A DNA stretch of 64,000 bases, from positions 109,492,001-109,556,000 of the forward strand of contig OX597817.1 of NCBI GenBank assembly GCA_951406725.2, written 5' to 3'. Shown one piece after another: positions 1 through 13,491 of this stretch; position 1 is the first letter of the stretch; each line of letters opens with the position of its first letter. This stretch comes from Octopus vulgaris (lineage: Eukaryota). The translations under genes were made by a program, and so were the position numbers. The notes below the pieces were generated by a model that did no database searches, had not been told where the DNA came from, and worked only from the letters and a program-made list of their open reading frames with translations.

Positions 1-697
1 CCAGTATTAATAGGTGTATTTCATGTTATAGTAACACTTAGTTAATATGCTAACCTTCTCTTTATACGCCAGTGTATTTCAGCTTTTAATTCCATACTGT
101 TTCTTGTTATCAATCTAAAATTAGAACACGTATCATTCTTAAGTGGCTTCTGCGTGAAGCAAGCAATTAGGCTTTTTAATAGCATACTTTGAAGGAAATA
201 AGCAAAGCAAGGAGAAAAGTATCAGATGATAGATAACATTTCTGAACTTACTTGTGATTTTACTCATCCATTAGGAACTCGATGCTTCATGAATATAATA
301 ATTATTGCCGTAATGAATATTTATATACAGTAAGCGTTTCAGGTGATATTTATTTGTCACGTGTTATGTAGATATTTTTAAATGAAGACTAAGATAATAT
401 AATCAATACGATGTTTTTGAACTTATATACATTAATAAAGGAATGTATTTTTTAAGGGTAACGGCAGTGCCTATGACCCACTGAAGGACTCCGAGTATGC
501 TGAGAAGCATGAGGAAGATATTGCAAACCGAATAAATATATTCGTTGTAATCATCATACTTGTTTACTTCGGATTTTAAACTGATAGTGTTCTTAGCGGT
601 GAGAAACTCAGCATTATCTCTAACTTCATTGAATTTCAGAAAGGGTAACACGCATGCATATGTGCTTATGTATGTATATTTCATTATATATACATAT

Positions 698-740
<43 letters not shown>

Positions 741-748
<8 letters not shown>

Positions 749-1398
749 TGTAGTTGTGTGAGTGTCTGTCCCCTTCGATTTAGATTCCTAACTACTCCCA
801 CATTTTGCGGTGCAGTTTAACCAAATTCGGGTATCTTATAGTCGTGATTCATATCGAGCCCGTCTGAGTATTAGCGCGCGTCTACGATGAGTCTACGATT
901 TTAAAAATAATTTAACATCATTTTTTATTCCATTTTAATGCATAATTTTTCGTGTGTCGATGGCGGCGGAGTTGGCGTCCATGGTCACACCTGCACCTGT
1001 GTTGCTTCTCCCCCTTCTTCCCTCCCTCGTGAAGCTGTGGGGAAGGGAGTGTAAGGAAATCAACGTCGTAAAGCATTGTCAAGGAGACCAGCGTTCTTTT
1101 AGAACAACGACTTCATGGCTTGAAGACACCAAAACAGAAATGGCTAAGAAAGCGTCTACGATGAGTCTACGATTTTTAAAAAACTTTTACCATCATTTTT
1201 TCCATTTTAATGCATTTTTTCGCTATTATATAAGGGAAGTAATTCTCTAAAAATGTCTACGATGAGTAAACGATTAAAAAAAAAAATTACCATCATTTTT
1301 TATTCCATTTTTAATGCATTTTTTTGCTATAACTCTCTAAAAATGCTTATATAGTTATTTCCCTTACAAACCCGAGCAACGCCGGGCGATACTGCTAG
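741..1398 (+). mobile_element. Non-autonomous Helitron-like element
   Basis: Starts in a (TA)n tract with a TATATAAAACTG...GTGTCTGTC 5' end. Ends with a GC-rich subterminal hairpin CCCGAGCAACGCCGGG (1371-1386) and CTAG|T (1395-1398), the canonical Helitron 3' signature. Three internal copies of a ~65 bp unit (GTCTACGATGAGT...CATCATTTTT...CCATTTTAATGCAT) near 878, 1152 and 1255. Confidence 0.75.
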
Positions 1399-1592
1399 TT
1401 ATTTATAAATATATATAGGGATGGTATTATGAAAAATACCATCACAAGTTGTAAGCGAATTATTAGCCGTACAGGTAAATAAATTAAATATATACATGCA
1501 ATATTAGATATGTACATATATAAATAAGGGTACTACATGAGGGTACTATAAGGGTACTATATTGCTAATTATAGAAGTCAAAAAATACTTCT

Positions 1593-1631
<39 letters not shown>

Positions 1632-1722
1632 AAACAAGATTTGTATTTGAACACTATGCAAATATTCTTTTAAAAAAACTTTCCTTTTAATTTTTCCAAA
1701 ATTTAATTGTTTTCTATACTTA

Positions 1723-1759
1723 CAGTTGAAAAAGTCTCAATGACTGAAACCAGTACTGA
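1723..1759 (+). ncRNA. Degenerate minimal hammerhead ribozyme motif (PLE terminal-repeat relic)
   Basis: CAG-TTGAAAA-AGTC-TCAAT-GACT-GAAAC-CA-GTA-CTG. Stem I CAG/CTG, stem II AGTC/GACT, GAAAC and the GUA triplet are intact. The CUGANGA box is mutated, so it is probably inactive. Confidence 0.35.
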
Positions 1760-1989
1760 CATGTTTTTTATAAAACTATTTTAGCATTTTCTATCTTGAC
1801 TTTTTTTTCCATATATAACAATTTGTGTGTTCGTTCTCAACCTTCTACATATATAAAATATATATAAAACATTAAAATAGAGAGTGAAAGATTTTGCAAA
1901 TGAAAACGGAAAATTGACATTGAGAAACGTTTTTAATGAAGTGAATCATATATATAAAGCAATATTGTATATATTTAATATAAAAGAAA

Positions 1990-2111
1990 TAAACTGAAGA
2001 GCCTGTTATGCACCCGAAGTCAAATTATTTATACATCCCAAATATGGAAGCAATTCGCACAGCTGTTTTCGCGTGTAAAGCGAATACACACACAGGTCTA
2101 TTTTATATAAG

Positions 2112-2113
<2 letters not shown>
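1990..2113 (-). mobile_element. Helitron-like 5' end fragment
   Basis: Minus strand begins TCCTTATATAAAATAGACCTGTGTGTGTATTCGC..., the TC-start/TATATAAA/TG-rich pattern of the other Helitron 5' ends here. Confidence 0.4.
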
Positions 2114-2172
<59 letters not shown>

Positions 2173-2229
2173 AGTGTGTGTGTGTGTGTGTGTGTGTTTG
2201 AGTGTGTGTGTGTGTGCGTGTGTGTGTGT
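2113..2229. repeat. (TG)n microsatellite
   Basis: Direct reading; one of dozens of (TG/CA)n tracts in the window. Confidence 0.95.
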
Positions 2230-2675
2230 ATATAGATACATATGTTATATTGCGTTATATTCCGTTAAGAACGTGGTAGAGTACAGTATAAACTCGTTCA
2301 CCTTCAGGTTTCACCGTGTGTTCTGCAGTAGTAGTATTTTAAGTACATTCAGATTCGCGTTCGGGCTAGTGTAGTGTGTGAATAGATAGTGAAAAAGTTG
2401 GAGACATTTATTTTCAATCATTACAATTGTTTCTACGCAACGTAGTTCTCCAAGCTTGCAATTACTTGGTTATACAACCGTTTCCATGAATTATCAGATC
2501 TAGTTGTGTTTCCTCAGGCGATATATGAATATTGTCTAGCTCTCATAATGCAAGGAAACGATTGCATAACCCAGTACCTGAAACCCGGAGAATTATGTTG
2601 CGTAGAACCAATTGTAGTAATTGAAATTAAATGTTCAACCGTACTCCTTCTTGTTGATTTCAACTTTTTCTGTTT

Positions 2676-2764
<89 letters not shown>

Positions 2765-2822
2765 ATGCTTGTATAAATATATATATATACAGACAGATAT
2801 AGATAGATAGATATAGATATAG

Positions 2823-2952
2823 GTGGTTTATAGAGTTACTTTGGTCTCACGTCCATAAACCGTTTAGCTTTATAACGTTTCTTCAAACTCTAAACTGATA
2901 GGCCAACAGGTTTAGTCAGAAGAAGCGTTGTAAAGTTAAGCCCATAAACCAG
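2823..2952. mobile_element. Small MITE-like fold-back
   Basis: Outer TGGTTTAT / ATAAACCA ends. Inner imperfect stem TTAGCTTTATAACGTTTCTTC (from 2864) pairs with GAAGAAGCGTTGTAAAGTTAA (to 2939). Confidence 0.4.
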
Positions 2953-3038
2953 TCATATTTATGTTTATCTATATACTCTACTGCTCTATAACTTAGAATG
3001 TGCCTCTTTTTCGGATTTATAATTTACTGATGATACAT

Positions 3039-3089
<51 letters not shown>

Positions 3090-3662
3090 ATGATATTTAT
3101 ATATTATTTATATTATTATATGATCGGACGCTACGCATCCTTTCGCAAGTAAGTTTTATCTTAATAATTATGATGCGCACTCTTCACCTTTACTATTTCT
3201 CCTCTGTCTATCTCTCTCCCTCTCTTATTCTTCATCCTTTCTGGTTTTCTCTCCCACCCTTCCCTATTCTTCTTCTCTCTGCTTCACCGTTCCTTCTCTC
3301 TTACTCCTCCTCCTCCTCCTCCTCCTCGACTCTCGTCACTGACACGGGATCAGATTGTTACCATTTTTACCCCTCCGCAAAAAATCCCAAATTTTATTTA
3401 ATTTACGTTGCGGAGAGGACTGTTTCAATGAAGTCGCATCTTGTCCTTACCTTCGGAACGCGGACTAGACGAAGCAGGGACAACTGCAGAAGGGGAATAT
3501 TCCTTGTGTTGTATGTCTTGTACTCTGTTTTTTTGGTTGTTTGAAAAAAAGGTCGTTTCCATGTTTTTGTTTTTGTGTTTTCGTTTCTCATTGTATTCAA
3601 CGTTTTTTTTATATTCTGTACCCATATATGCATGTATATATAAAAATAGATGCAGGTATACT

Positions 3663-4079
3663 CTTTACTCTCTCTTTACTCTTTTACTTGTTTCAGTCAT
3701 TTGACTGTGGCCATGCTGGAGCACTGCCTTTAGTCGAGCAAATCGACCCTGGGACTTATTCTTTGTAAGCCCAGTACTTATTCTATCGGTCTCTTTTGCG
3801 AAACCGCTAAGTGACGGGGACGTAAACACACCAGCATTGGTTGTCAAGCAATGCTAGGGAGACAAACACAGACACACAAACACACACACACATACATATA
3901 TATATATTCATATAAACGACAGGCTTCTTTCAGTTTCCGTCTACCAAATGCACTCACAAGGCATTGGTCGGGCCGCGGCTATAGCAGAACACACTTGCCC
4001 AAGATGCCACGCAGTGGGACTGAACCCGGAAACATGTGGTTGGTTAGCAAGCTACTTACCACACAGTCACTCCTGCGCC
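3663..4079 (-). mobile_element. tRNA-derived SINE, family A (octopus OK/OR-type), full length
   Basis: Minus strand head GGCGCAGGAGTGACTGTGTGGTAAG with a B-box-like GGGTTCAGTCCC, then CTTGGGCAAGTG (CORE-like), an internal (TA)(TG) microsatellite and a GAAACAAGTAAAAGAGTAAAGAG tail. Near-identical to 51032-51448 and 57176-57574. Confidence 0.9.
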
Positions 4080-4140
4080 TATTGTACATATATGTATGTA
4101 TATATGCATATATTTATATATTATATATATATACAAACAC

Positions 4141-4230
<90 letters not shown>

Positions 4231-5419
4231 TTATTCATAGAGAAGAAGATAAAGAGTTTGCCAGAGAGACGGACAAAAAGAGTTGACAGACAGAGAACGA
4301 AAGAGAAGTACGTGCGTGTGTAAGCGCGAGTGAAAGACAATGATAGGCAGGTGTATGAATGAATATATCAAATACTTATACGTATGTAGAACTACATATA
4401 GATGGCTATATGTATTCGTGTCAGTTGATATATTCCACAAAAGTTTACGTGCTGTTCCTTATTTCTGTCATTTATGAACTGCAATTTCCAGCAAAGTTGT
4501 CAATCTTTAACTCTATCAGGATCAGTAAAGTTTAAAATGATATTCGCAAAGATAAATGTTAATATTGTTAATATAATCACTTTCTCTGAATATGATTGTA
4601 TCGTCTGAATGATTGTTCATCTTTCTTAGATTATATTTTAGATATGGTAAAATTTTATGCGATTTTTCTTTACAGAATACAACTGTTTCAAAACACCTTG
4701 CTTACCCAATTTAGTTTTTCACTTGAAATCATTCAAATGCTGTTCTTGCAATAGTCACATGCGTTATAATTATATGCTGAAAAGCCTTGAAACCATCACT
4801 TAGGTACAGAATAATACTGATTTTCCTTTCTAGCCTCAAGTAATATCAATACCGTTCATTAAAAATTGATTCTTTTTCTAGTATTTTATAAATATTTACT
4901 CCTTACAGCTGGAATATGTATAGCTTCATAAATAAAGAGAGGTTGTCAGAAATTTTACTAAGACACAATTTATTATGCATACAATATAGTGGAAAAAATG
5001 GATTCAGATTCTCCAATGCAATTATCAGATTTACTTTTAAGCTGTTGGCTTCGAAAATGAAAACGAATATAACCGAAGTGTCTCAAAATAAACATGATTA
5101 TATTTTTATGTTTAAATGCTGTATTTAGAAATGTGTGTGTATGCTTTTGTACGAAAACTGTAAGTTAAGTAAAAACTTATGTTTTTGCTGCTTCAAGTGT
5201 AATGAAGTTAACGATTCTTGAAAGAAAATTAATTTAAAGTATTTAAGGCTAACAATCCAATCATACAGCCACGAACATTTCACTTTTCAAAATTTAACGC
5301 ATAAGACATCAAGTACGAATTAGGTCACAACTGGAAATCTTTGTCTGTAAAGATAATGAACTCAGTTAAAACATTTTATTTGCTAAATAAACACATGTTA
5401 CTCAAAATATATTCTCTTC

Positions 5420-5606
5420 TACTCTAGGGTAAACGCCAGAAATATTTGGGGAGGACACTAGTATGCAACTGGTACTTATTTAATCGTCCACGAAATGATG
5501 ACAGGCAAAATCGACCTAGGCGGAATTTGAAATCAAAACATAAAGACAGAGAAAATACCGATAGGCTTTTCGCCCGGCGTGCTAATGTTTCTGCCAGCTC
5601 ACCGCC
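5420..5606 (-). mobile_element. tRNA-derived SINE, family B
   Basis: Minus strand GGCGGTGAGCTGGCAGAAACATTAGCACGCCGGGCG...TTCAAATTCCGCC.AGGTCGA...AAATAAGTACCAG; same family as the copies at 18068, 25200, 25745, 33015, 50352, 53696 and 61550. Confidence 0.75.
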
Positions 5607-6589
5607 TTGTTACTCTAAATATATTATACCGCAAAGTAATTACCTTATACAGCATTAAGTCAAGGAAAATTCCATTGTCCAGTAAGACAAAAGATAATGT
5701 AAATATTTCTAACAAGTATATAATGAACGTGAACTTCTATATTTTTAACTTTTTCTTGCTTGTATAATATAAGCTAGGGTAAATAATTCTAAAATATTCT
5801 ACCTTAACTTGAGCTTCTTCAATATACGCAAATGTGTTCAGTACAAATAAATGTCTGTTTTTTACTATACATCATCAAAATAAAAACTAATCGTGCAAAG
5901 CTTGCAAAAATACACGCATTCACTCCTATTTACAATCCTTGTATATTGCTTGCAAAATAAATAAGCATGGTCCTTAGTAATCATAAATTTAAATAGAAGA
6001 GAGATACACAGAGATAGGTGGAGAAATAGATATTTATATACAGGCTTCTTAGTCTCTACTGTGTATAAAAATATTTGTGTCTTTTTATATACAAGCTTAC
6101 ACAGTAAGTTTAGGTATCCTCAGTGCTTATATGTATGTGTGGATGATAGTCGGACTGCCAAATTGATTAGTGATATATGGCCATTTAGACTGTTGGCATA
6201 GAAACTAGCGTATCAGTCTACTGGGCAAACAATTTTCAGCATTTTTAATTTGATTTCATACTAAATGATGGTAGTTACAATTTGACCATACTAATACTTG
6301 TTTGATATTAGCACACGGGTATTGTGTTTAACGGTATGAAAATTGATTTATTTAAATATAATTAGAATTTGTTGTATTTGGGAAACAAAAGAGAAATTTT
6401 TCAAGGTCTAAGTCCTTTTCCATGTTACACACTATGTATGTGTTCTTTATGCATCTGTCTCTTCGAGAAAAAAGGTTCATATTGAGCAAAGAACTTTAAT
6501 AACCTTAATAATCATAGGACGATAACAATTCAGTCGCTTATATATGTGCATGTGTATAATAAATATATGTGTGTATGTGTGTGTATAGA

Positions 6590-6974
<385 letters not shown>

Positions 6975-7871
6975 TTATTGCAAACAACTTGCAGATGCAA
7001 GTGTTACCAGTCGAACGCTCCGCAAGTTTATGGGGTCATCAGGAGAGAATGCATTTCGGGGCCCAGCTCTACACGGCATCATTCCGCACCGACCACCCCA
7101 CCCCGACCCACTGAAGTGAGACGCCGCTTTCTAGATCAATGATTCTTTCACAAATTTCCCCTATAACGTTGTGTTAAAGTTTCTTTCTCACACACATTGT
7201 TACACACACACATGCACACACTTATATAGAGATGCGTGTGCGCGCGCGAGTTGCACGTGTGTATGAGTGTTGTTCCTGAATGTCAGTGTTTATTTTTTAT
7301 ATTTTTACAGTGCATAAGCGATAGTGTTGATTGGGCGCATGATATATAATCTGATTCTAGATGCCTATAAAGACATTTATAATCTCTATACATGATTTAA
7401 CAACTTTATATTCTTATATGCTGACCTTTATCATCGAACGGTACGTCCGTATCAGACATGATTGTACAAATTCTGTTCATAACACATAGAATATATTTAA
7501 AGAATGTGTACATTAATCATTAATTTTTGTTACACAGCTGTCACCTAGTCAAAAAGTTGTTAATGGTTTGAAAATACAAATTTACACTTCGCTAATAAGT
7601 CCATTTGTCTAGTTTTTTTTTTTATTTAGCTTAATCAGTCGTGAAGGACGTATGCTTAGAAAACAAAATATGTTCAGAAATAAATAAATATTGTAATACC
7701 ACAAATGTTAACGTTATACTAGAGTCCCTTTCTCGCACACAATGTTACACACACGCAAACACACATACACACACTGTGTATACAGATAGGCATACAAACA
7801 CTTATACATGCATGCATAGATTCAAAAGCATAGATACATATGCATCCTTATACGTGAAGTTTGTGTGAAGT

Positions 7872-8180
7872 GAAGGTGCGTGGCTTATTGCTTAGGATAT
7901 TTAGCTAACGATCGTAAGGTCGTGATTTCGATACCCAGCGGTGCGCTCTGACAGTTTACACTTTATTTCACGTTGATCCAGTCAACTCATTTAGCAAAAA
8001 TGAGCAAATATGAGCAGTTCTAGTATTTTAAAGGGCCGAGTATGTTGCATTTTGTGTCATGCTGAATCTCTCAGAAATACACTAACAGTACGCGTGTCTG
8101 TGGAGTGCTCACCTACTTGTTAATTTCTGGAGCAGGGCTATTATGCTGATCAGATCTGATGGAACACTCGTCGTCGTGCC
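7872..8180 (+). mobile_element. Diverged tRNA-derived SINE (family C-like)
   Basis: GAAGGTGCGTGGCTTA..GCTTAGG...GTCGTGATTTCGATACCC head, then ACACTTTATTTCACGTTGATCCAGTCAACTCA...AAATGAG, matching the body of the SINE at 20970-21307. Confidence 0.55.
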
Positions 8181-8489
8181 AATATTTGTGTGTGTGTGTG
8201 TGTGTGTGTGCGTGTGTGTGTGTGTGTGCGTGTGTGTGTATCCTCTTTTACTGATTTGACTGGTTTCACTCATCCAGTTATGGGACTGCCGCTATGTATA
8301 TTGCAAACTTACACTTGGTATTTGAAGATAAAGCACCTAATCAGGCATGGATGTGATTAGACGGATATTTCACGGATATTTCTAGCTGAAAATCAACCGC
8401 GTAGAATATCATATGTAGTTTCCAGCAATACCAGTTTTATCGAGTAGTTGTCTGCTGCAGTTGGTGTTAGTGTTGTTGTTGCTATTGCC

Positions 8490-8510
8490 AGCAGCAGCAG
8501 CAGCGGCGGC

Positions 8511-8548
<38 letters not shown>

Positions 8549-8655
8549 GCATAGCAGTAGCAGTAGCAGTAGCAGCAGCAGTAGCAGCAGCAGTAGCAGC
8601 AGCAGTAGCAGCAGCAGTAGCAGCAGCAGTAGCAGCAGCAGTAGCAGCAGCAGTA
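8490..8655. repeat. (GCA)n/(GTA)n/(GCAGCAGTA)n trinucleotide array
   Basis: Direct reading; it produces the poly-S and poly-A/V ORFs. Confidence 0.95.
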
Positions 8656-9352
8656 GAGGTACGGAGATGGAGAAGCTGTTATCGTGGTATTAGAAGTAAA
8701 GGGGAAAATATCTGGAAGCAGTCCAGAACAAATAGCAATATATATATAAGTCACTTATTCCTTCTCAGTATGGAGAAAAAAAGTCGAATAAGCTATTCTC
8801 GTTTATTCTGTTGTTGATGTTATGGCTGGGAATATTAAAGTTTTTCGCAGGACGAATGTCGTCACTAATGAGTTATCTATGGTGGTTCTGAATCTGGTGA
8901 CTGGAAGAAACAAATGCCCATGGGCTAACCATGGGCTACCCATCGCCCATGAGCTAACCATCAACTGGACTTCTGGTTTTACTGTTCAAACATAGATGAT
9001 TCGACTCAGCTAAAAACATTCTAATACCCGATGATTCTTTTTCTTTTTACGTATTCTGTAATTGAATTGCAACTCAGAATTGCTGTATAAGGTTATATGT
9101 GAAATTCTATATTCTAGTTTCTTTCTAGATTTCCTAGAGTTTATTGAGTCGAGGAAGACACTTGAGATGTTCGCTTCCATTAAGATTACCATTGTGATTA
9201 ATGGTGAAATTGAAACAGTTCCAACTGAAAATCAAAATGCTGTAATGGATTACTACGCTTAGAATTTATCATCATAGAATATCTCAAAGCAACGTATATT
9301 TTCGCAAATAAGCATACTTGCACGAGCATACATATGACGTAAACTGCGTATA

Positions 9353-9379
<27 letters not shown>

Positions 9380-9388
<9 letters not shown>

Positions 9389-9680
9389 ATGAGAATGTGT
9401 GCCCGTGTGTGTGTATCTGTCTGTGTGAATACCTAAAACTCAAGAACTACACGACCAATGTCATTGAAATTTTACACATGCCTTACTTAGGGTTCAGATA
9501 GTGTCATGGGTCAAAAAAATCTCCAACTTCATGCCTAATGCAAGCCCAGAGCAATCTCTTATACTTTCCACTTTTCGAGTATTATGTGTCAAAAGTGAAA
9601 CAAAATATCGCTCTATTGCAATGTCAGATAATTTCACTTTAATACTTTCAGTATTAATACTGAAACTATTAAAGTGAAAC
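9380..9680 (+). mobile_element. Helitron-like 5' end fragment
   Basis: TATATAAAGATGAGAATGTGTG...GTCTGTGTG...AACTCAAGAACTACACGACCAATGTCATTGAAATTTTACAC; same architecture as the 5' ends at 741 and 12302. No 3' end seen. Confidence 0.45.
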
Positions 9681-9731
9681 TACTATCTCATATATACAGG
9701 CATACATATATACATGCATACATACATACAT

Positions 9732-9762
<31 letters not shown>

Positions 9763-9798
9763 ATATATTATGTATATATATGTATATAAGTATGTATA

Positions 9799-9845
<47 letters not shown>

Positions 9846-10008
9846 GTATAAATATATGTATGCATGTATATATGTGTATATATAGGTGTACATATATGTA
9901 TGTATATATGTGTAATATGTACACATATGTAACACAGATATACATGCATACATACATATATACATATATATACATATACATACATTTATACGCACACACA
10001 CATATACA

Positions 10009-10042
<34 letters not shown>

Positions 10043-10044
<2 letters not shown>

Positions 10045-10412
10045 TCGATGTATGGTAAGAAACTTAGTTTTAAAGCTCATTGACCTGCGTTCAGTCCCAC
10101 TGTGTGGGAACTTGGTGTGTGTCTTCTGCTATAGCCTCAGATCAAGCAAAGCCTTGTGAGTGGATTTCGTAGACAGAAACTGAAAGAAATCATTCCTATA
10201 TATATATATGTATATATGTAAGGATATGTGTACATCTTTGTGTCTGTGTTCTTCCCTCATCACTGCTTAACAACTGCTCTTCGTTTATTTGCATCCCCAT
10301 AACTTACTGGTTTGACAAAAACAGACTGATAGAATAAGTACCAGACTTACCCAAAAAAAACAAAAAAACACTGGATTCGTTTCGTTTGACAAAAAATTCT
10401 TGAAGGCAGTGT
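10043..10412 (+). mobile_element. SINE family A, diverged copy
   Basis: GTTCAGTCCCACTG...GTCTTCTGCTATAGCCTC...AAAGCCTTGTGAGTGGATTT..TAGACAGAAACTGAAAGAA...GATAGAATAAGTACC. Confidence 0.8.
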
Positions 10413-10453
10413 CTCTTGTGTTTGCCCTCTCAGTTGTATCAATCAATCTATCT

Positions 10454-10505
<52 letters not shown>

Positions 10506-10606
10506 TCAGGGTGAGTACTTGATAATTGTAAGCACCTGTATATACCGTTTGGTGGTGTGGGTGGTGGATCAATTAATCAAAATAAAAACATGATGCCAAG
10601 GATTCA

Positions 10607-10684
10607 GCGGTACATATGTTTCGGGCCTTTATTAGACGGATTTATAACAATGCATAATGTGTGTCTATGGCCTTCTTCAGCCGC
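10607..10684 (-). ncRNA. Type I hammerhead ribozyme motif (intact core)
   Basis: Minus strand GCGG-CTGAAGA-AGGCC-[long loop]-GGCCC-GAAAC-ATAT-GTA-CCGC. Stem I GCGG/CCGC, CUGANGA and GAAA boxes, palindromic stem III ACATATGT and GUA cleavage triplet. Confidence 0.7.
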
Positions 10685-12087
10685 GCACAACTACTACCTC
10701 AAGGACATGTATTACATAAAAAATTCTACGTTGGGGATGCAAATCCTCTCATTCGCATACGACATAATGCGGCAACAGCATAAAAATGAAGCGTCCATCT
10801 CGTCATTCTCTCAGTGTAGAATGAGGAAGTTTGGATGTTGAGGTAATATAAATAAATGAATAAATAAATATATACATATATAAATACAGACAGACGTGAA
10901 GGAACCTGGTAATAAGAGCAAATAGGGATAAAGATGGAGGGGCGAGAATTCAGGACGAAGGATAAAAAAAATATATAAAAAGTGTAAGTATAGAAAAATA
11001 TAAAAATGTAGAGTATAAAGATATAAAGAGATATAAAAAAAAATAAATAAATAAATGAATATAAAGGTATAAAGTTATAAAAAAGAAAAAAAGAAAAAGA
11101 ATAAATAAATAAAATTATCAGAAGTATAAAGGGTATAAGAGTGTAGGAATGTAAAAGAATATAAGGATAAGGGATATATATTAGTTACGGACCAAACATG
11201 GTGGTCAGGAAAATGACAAATTCTGGTTGTAGAAGCCTTGGGTGTCATAAATCAACCGGGGCGTCTGGGGACCTAGTGTATTGTAAATTAGAGTTGTTTG
11301 GTTGAGCTGCTTATCTGGTTGTTCGTAACGTATTAAGTGGTCATCATGTACATACGTACACGCATGGATACATACACCCATGCGTGTACGTATGTACATG
11401 ATGACCACTTAATACGTTACGAAGAACCAGATAAGCGGCTCAACCAAACAACTCTAATTTACAATACACTAGGTCCCCAGATGCCCCGGTTGATTTATGA
11501 CACCCAAGGCTTCTACAAGCAGAATTTGTCATTTTCCTGACCACCATGTTTGGTCCGTAACTACTATATATCCCTTATCCTTATATTCTTTTACATTCCT
11601 ACACTCTTATACCCTTTATACTTCTGATAATTTAATTTTTTTTTAATTTTTTTTTTTAACTTTATACCTTTATATTCATTTATTTATTTATTTATTTTTT
11701 ATATATCTTTATATCTTTATACTCTACATTTTGTTTTATATCTCTTTATATCTTTATACTCTACATTTTTATATTTTTCTATACTTACACTTTTTATATA
11801 TTTTTTTTATCCTTCGTCCTGAATTCTCGCCCCTCCATCTTTATCCCTATTTGCTCTTATTACCAGGTTCCTTCACGTCTGTCTGTATTTATATATGTAT
11901 ATATTTATTTATTCATTTATTTATATTACCTCAACATCCAAACTTCCTCATTCTACACTGAGAGAAGGACGAGATGGACGCTTCATTTTTATGCTGTTGC
12001 CGCATTATGTCGTACGCGAATGAGAGGATTTGCATCCCCAACGTAGAATTTTTTATGTAATACATGTCCTTGAGGTAGTAGTTGTGC

Positions 12088-12165
12088 GCGGCTAAAGAAG
12101 GCCATAGACACACATTATGCATTGTTATAAATCCGTCTAATAAAGGCCCGAAACATATGTACCGC
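12088..12165 (+). ncRNA. Hammerhead motif, mirror copy with core mutation
   Basis: Mirror of 10607-10684 but the core reads CTAAAGA instead of CTGAAGA (G5-to-A, a known inactivating change). Confidence 0.6.
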
Positions 12166-12195
12166 TGAATCCTTGGCATCATGTTTTTATTTTGA

Positions 12196-12250
<55 letters not shown>

Positions 12251-12301
12251 TATATAATACACACTCATATCTATACACATTCATATCTATACACATTCAT
12301 A

Positions 12302-13010
12302 TCTATTATATAAAAGTCAATGTCTTTATGTGCGTTCGTGTGTTACTTATAGATTCGAAAACTACTCCATCGATCCTAATGAAATTTGGAATACAAAATC
12401 CAATCCTAGGGAGAAATGTAATGATGTATGTTTCATACAATTTCATGAATGGATCCTTAAGATATTTACAGAATGGATCCTTATGATATTTGGAACTTCG
12501 ATTCAATACATAAGGACGGGTATAATGCAGTATGTTTGGTTTGAATTTGAGGTTGCTTAAAGGGGGCAGAACCCCAACCCTCATGAAAATTCATAAATTT
12601 CCTGTTGAGGAAATTTCAACCATAGGTAATTGACACACATCAAGAAATATTTCAAAACTTTCCGCTTCTCATGAGGATTCTAACACCCCCAATTGGGGGC
12701 CTAAACTTCCAAATATTAGTCATTTTTTTAAAATCCAAATCTAAGTCAAAAGTACTGAATGGATCTTTATAAAATTCAGAAATTATATTTTATGCATACA
12801 GACAGATGTAATACAGTATATCTTTGAAAGTGAGGGGGTATAAATGAGGCCGTAACCCTCATGAAAATTCGTTTATTTTTGCTGTTGATGAAATTTTAAC
12901 CATAGATATTACACAGAAATAAAGCAATATTTCTAAAACTTCAAAGTTAGTAACACCCCTTAATGGGGGCTTATCACCCACAATTTAGTCATTTTCCCTA
13001 ATCCAAGACG
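12302..13010 (+). mobile_element. Helitron 5' portion with internal ~260 bp diverged tandem duplication
   Basis: A|TCTATTATATAAAAGTCAATGTCTTTATGTGCGTTCGTGTGT...GAAAACTACTCCATCGATCCTAATGAAATTTGG start. Units ~12470-12745 and ~12755-13006 share AACCCTCATGAAAATTC...TAACACCCC...GGGGGC...TTAGTCATTTT. Confidence 0.6.
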
Positions 13011-13491
13011 AAAACACTTGTAATCTTGGATGCTGTAGGGTCACCCAAGAATGAAAGATGAATGTTATTTGTAATTAATTTGTACAGCAGGGTAATACTT
13101 TGCTTTGAGATATACGTAGATTGTGATTTTTGCAATGTGGTGCATACATTGTCAAGTAGAGGAGAGGCATCTTTACCTCCATTGATTCAGTTGCAAAGTG
13201 TTGAGTAAAGTTATTTGGTTGCAGACCTCCTTTGAGTCATTTTATTATCAGAGATAGTCCCCAGATGGTAACACTTCAAGCCCTTCCCACATAAGTGACT
13301 GGCTATTCAAAGAGATTTATAGATTACAAATTTATTCTGTCCATTTACCTATCGGCATAATGATCATTGACAAACTTCAGAGGTGACACTTTCGTTTCCC
13401 CTTAGCCCTCATGTAACACAGTTGTTAATGTTTATTTGAGTTGGGTCACGTCCTTCCAATTGCTATACATCCGTAATGCATCTTATGGCTG

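Larger units (their letters stand above)
10501..12201. mobile_element. Large fold-back palindrome, putative inverted Penelope-like insertion
   Basis: Arms 10571-11367 and 11378-12201 are near-perfect reverse complements around a 10-nt loop (ATACATACAC). Flanked by (TA)n, with a 70-nt unpaired tail at 10501-10570 and a hammerhead motif in each arm. Confidence 0.85.

Noticed and set aside
878-1325. Three spaced direct repeats superficially like a CRISPR array
   Set aside because: Eukaryotic context, long variable units, irregular spacing and no cas genes; they are internal Helitron repeats.
8448-8817. Poly-Ser and poly-Ala/Val ORFs
   Set aside because: Trinucleotide microsatellite with no complex coding sequence or splice support.
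10557-12296. Duplicated ORFs MMPRIQRYICFG... and MVIMYIRTRM... on opposite strands
   Set aside because: A consequence of the palindrome; the MMPRIQ frame is antisense to the hammerhead strand and shows no domain.
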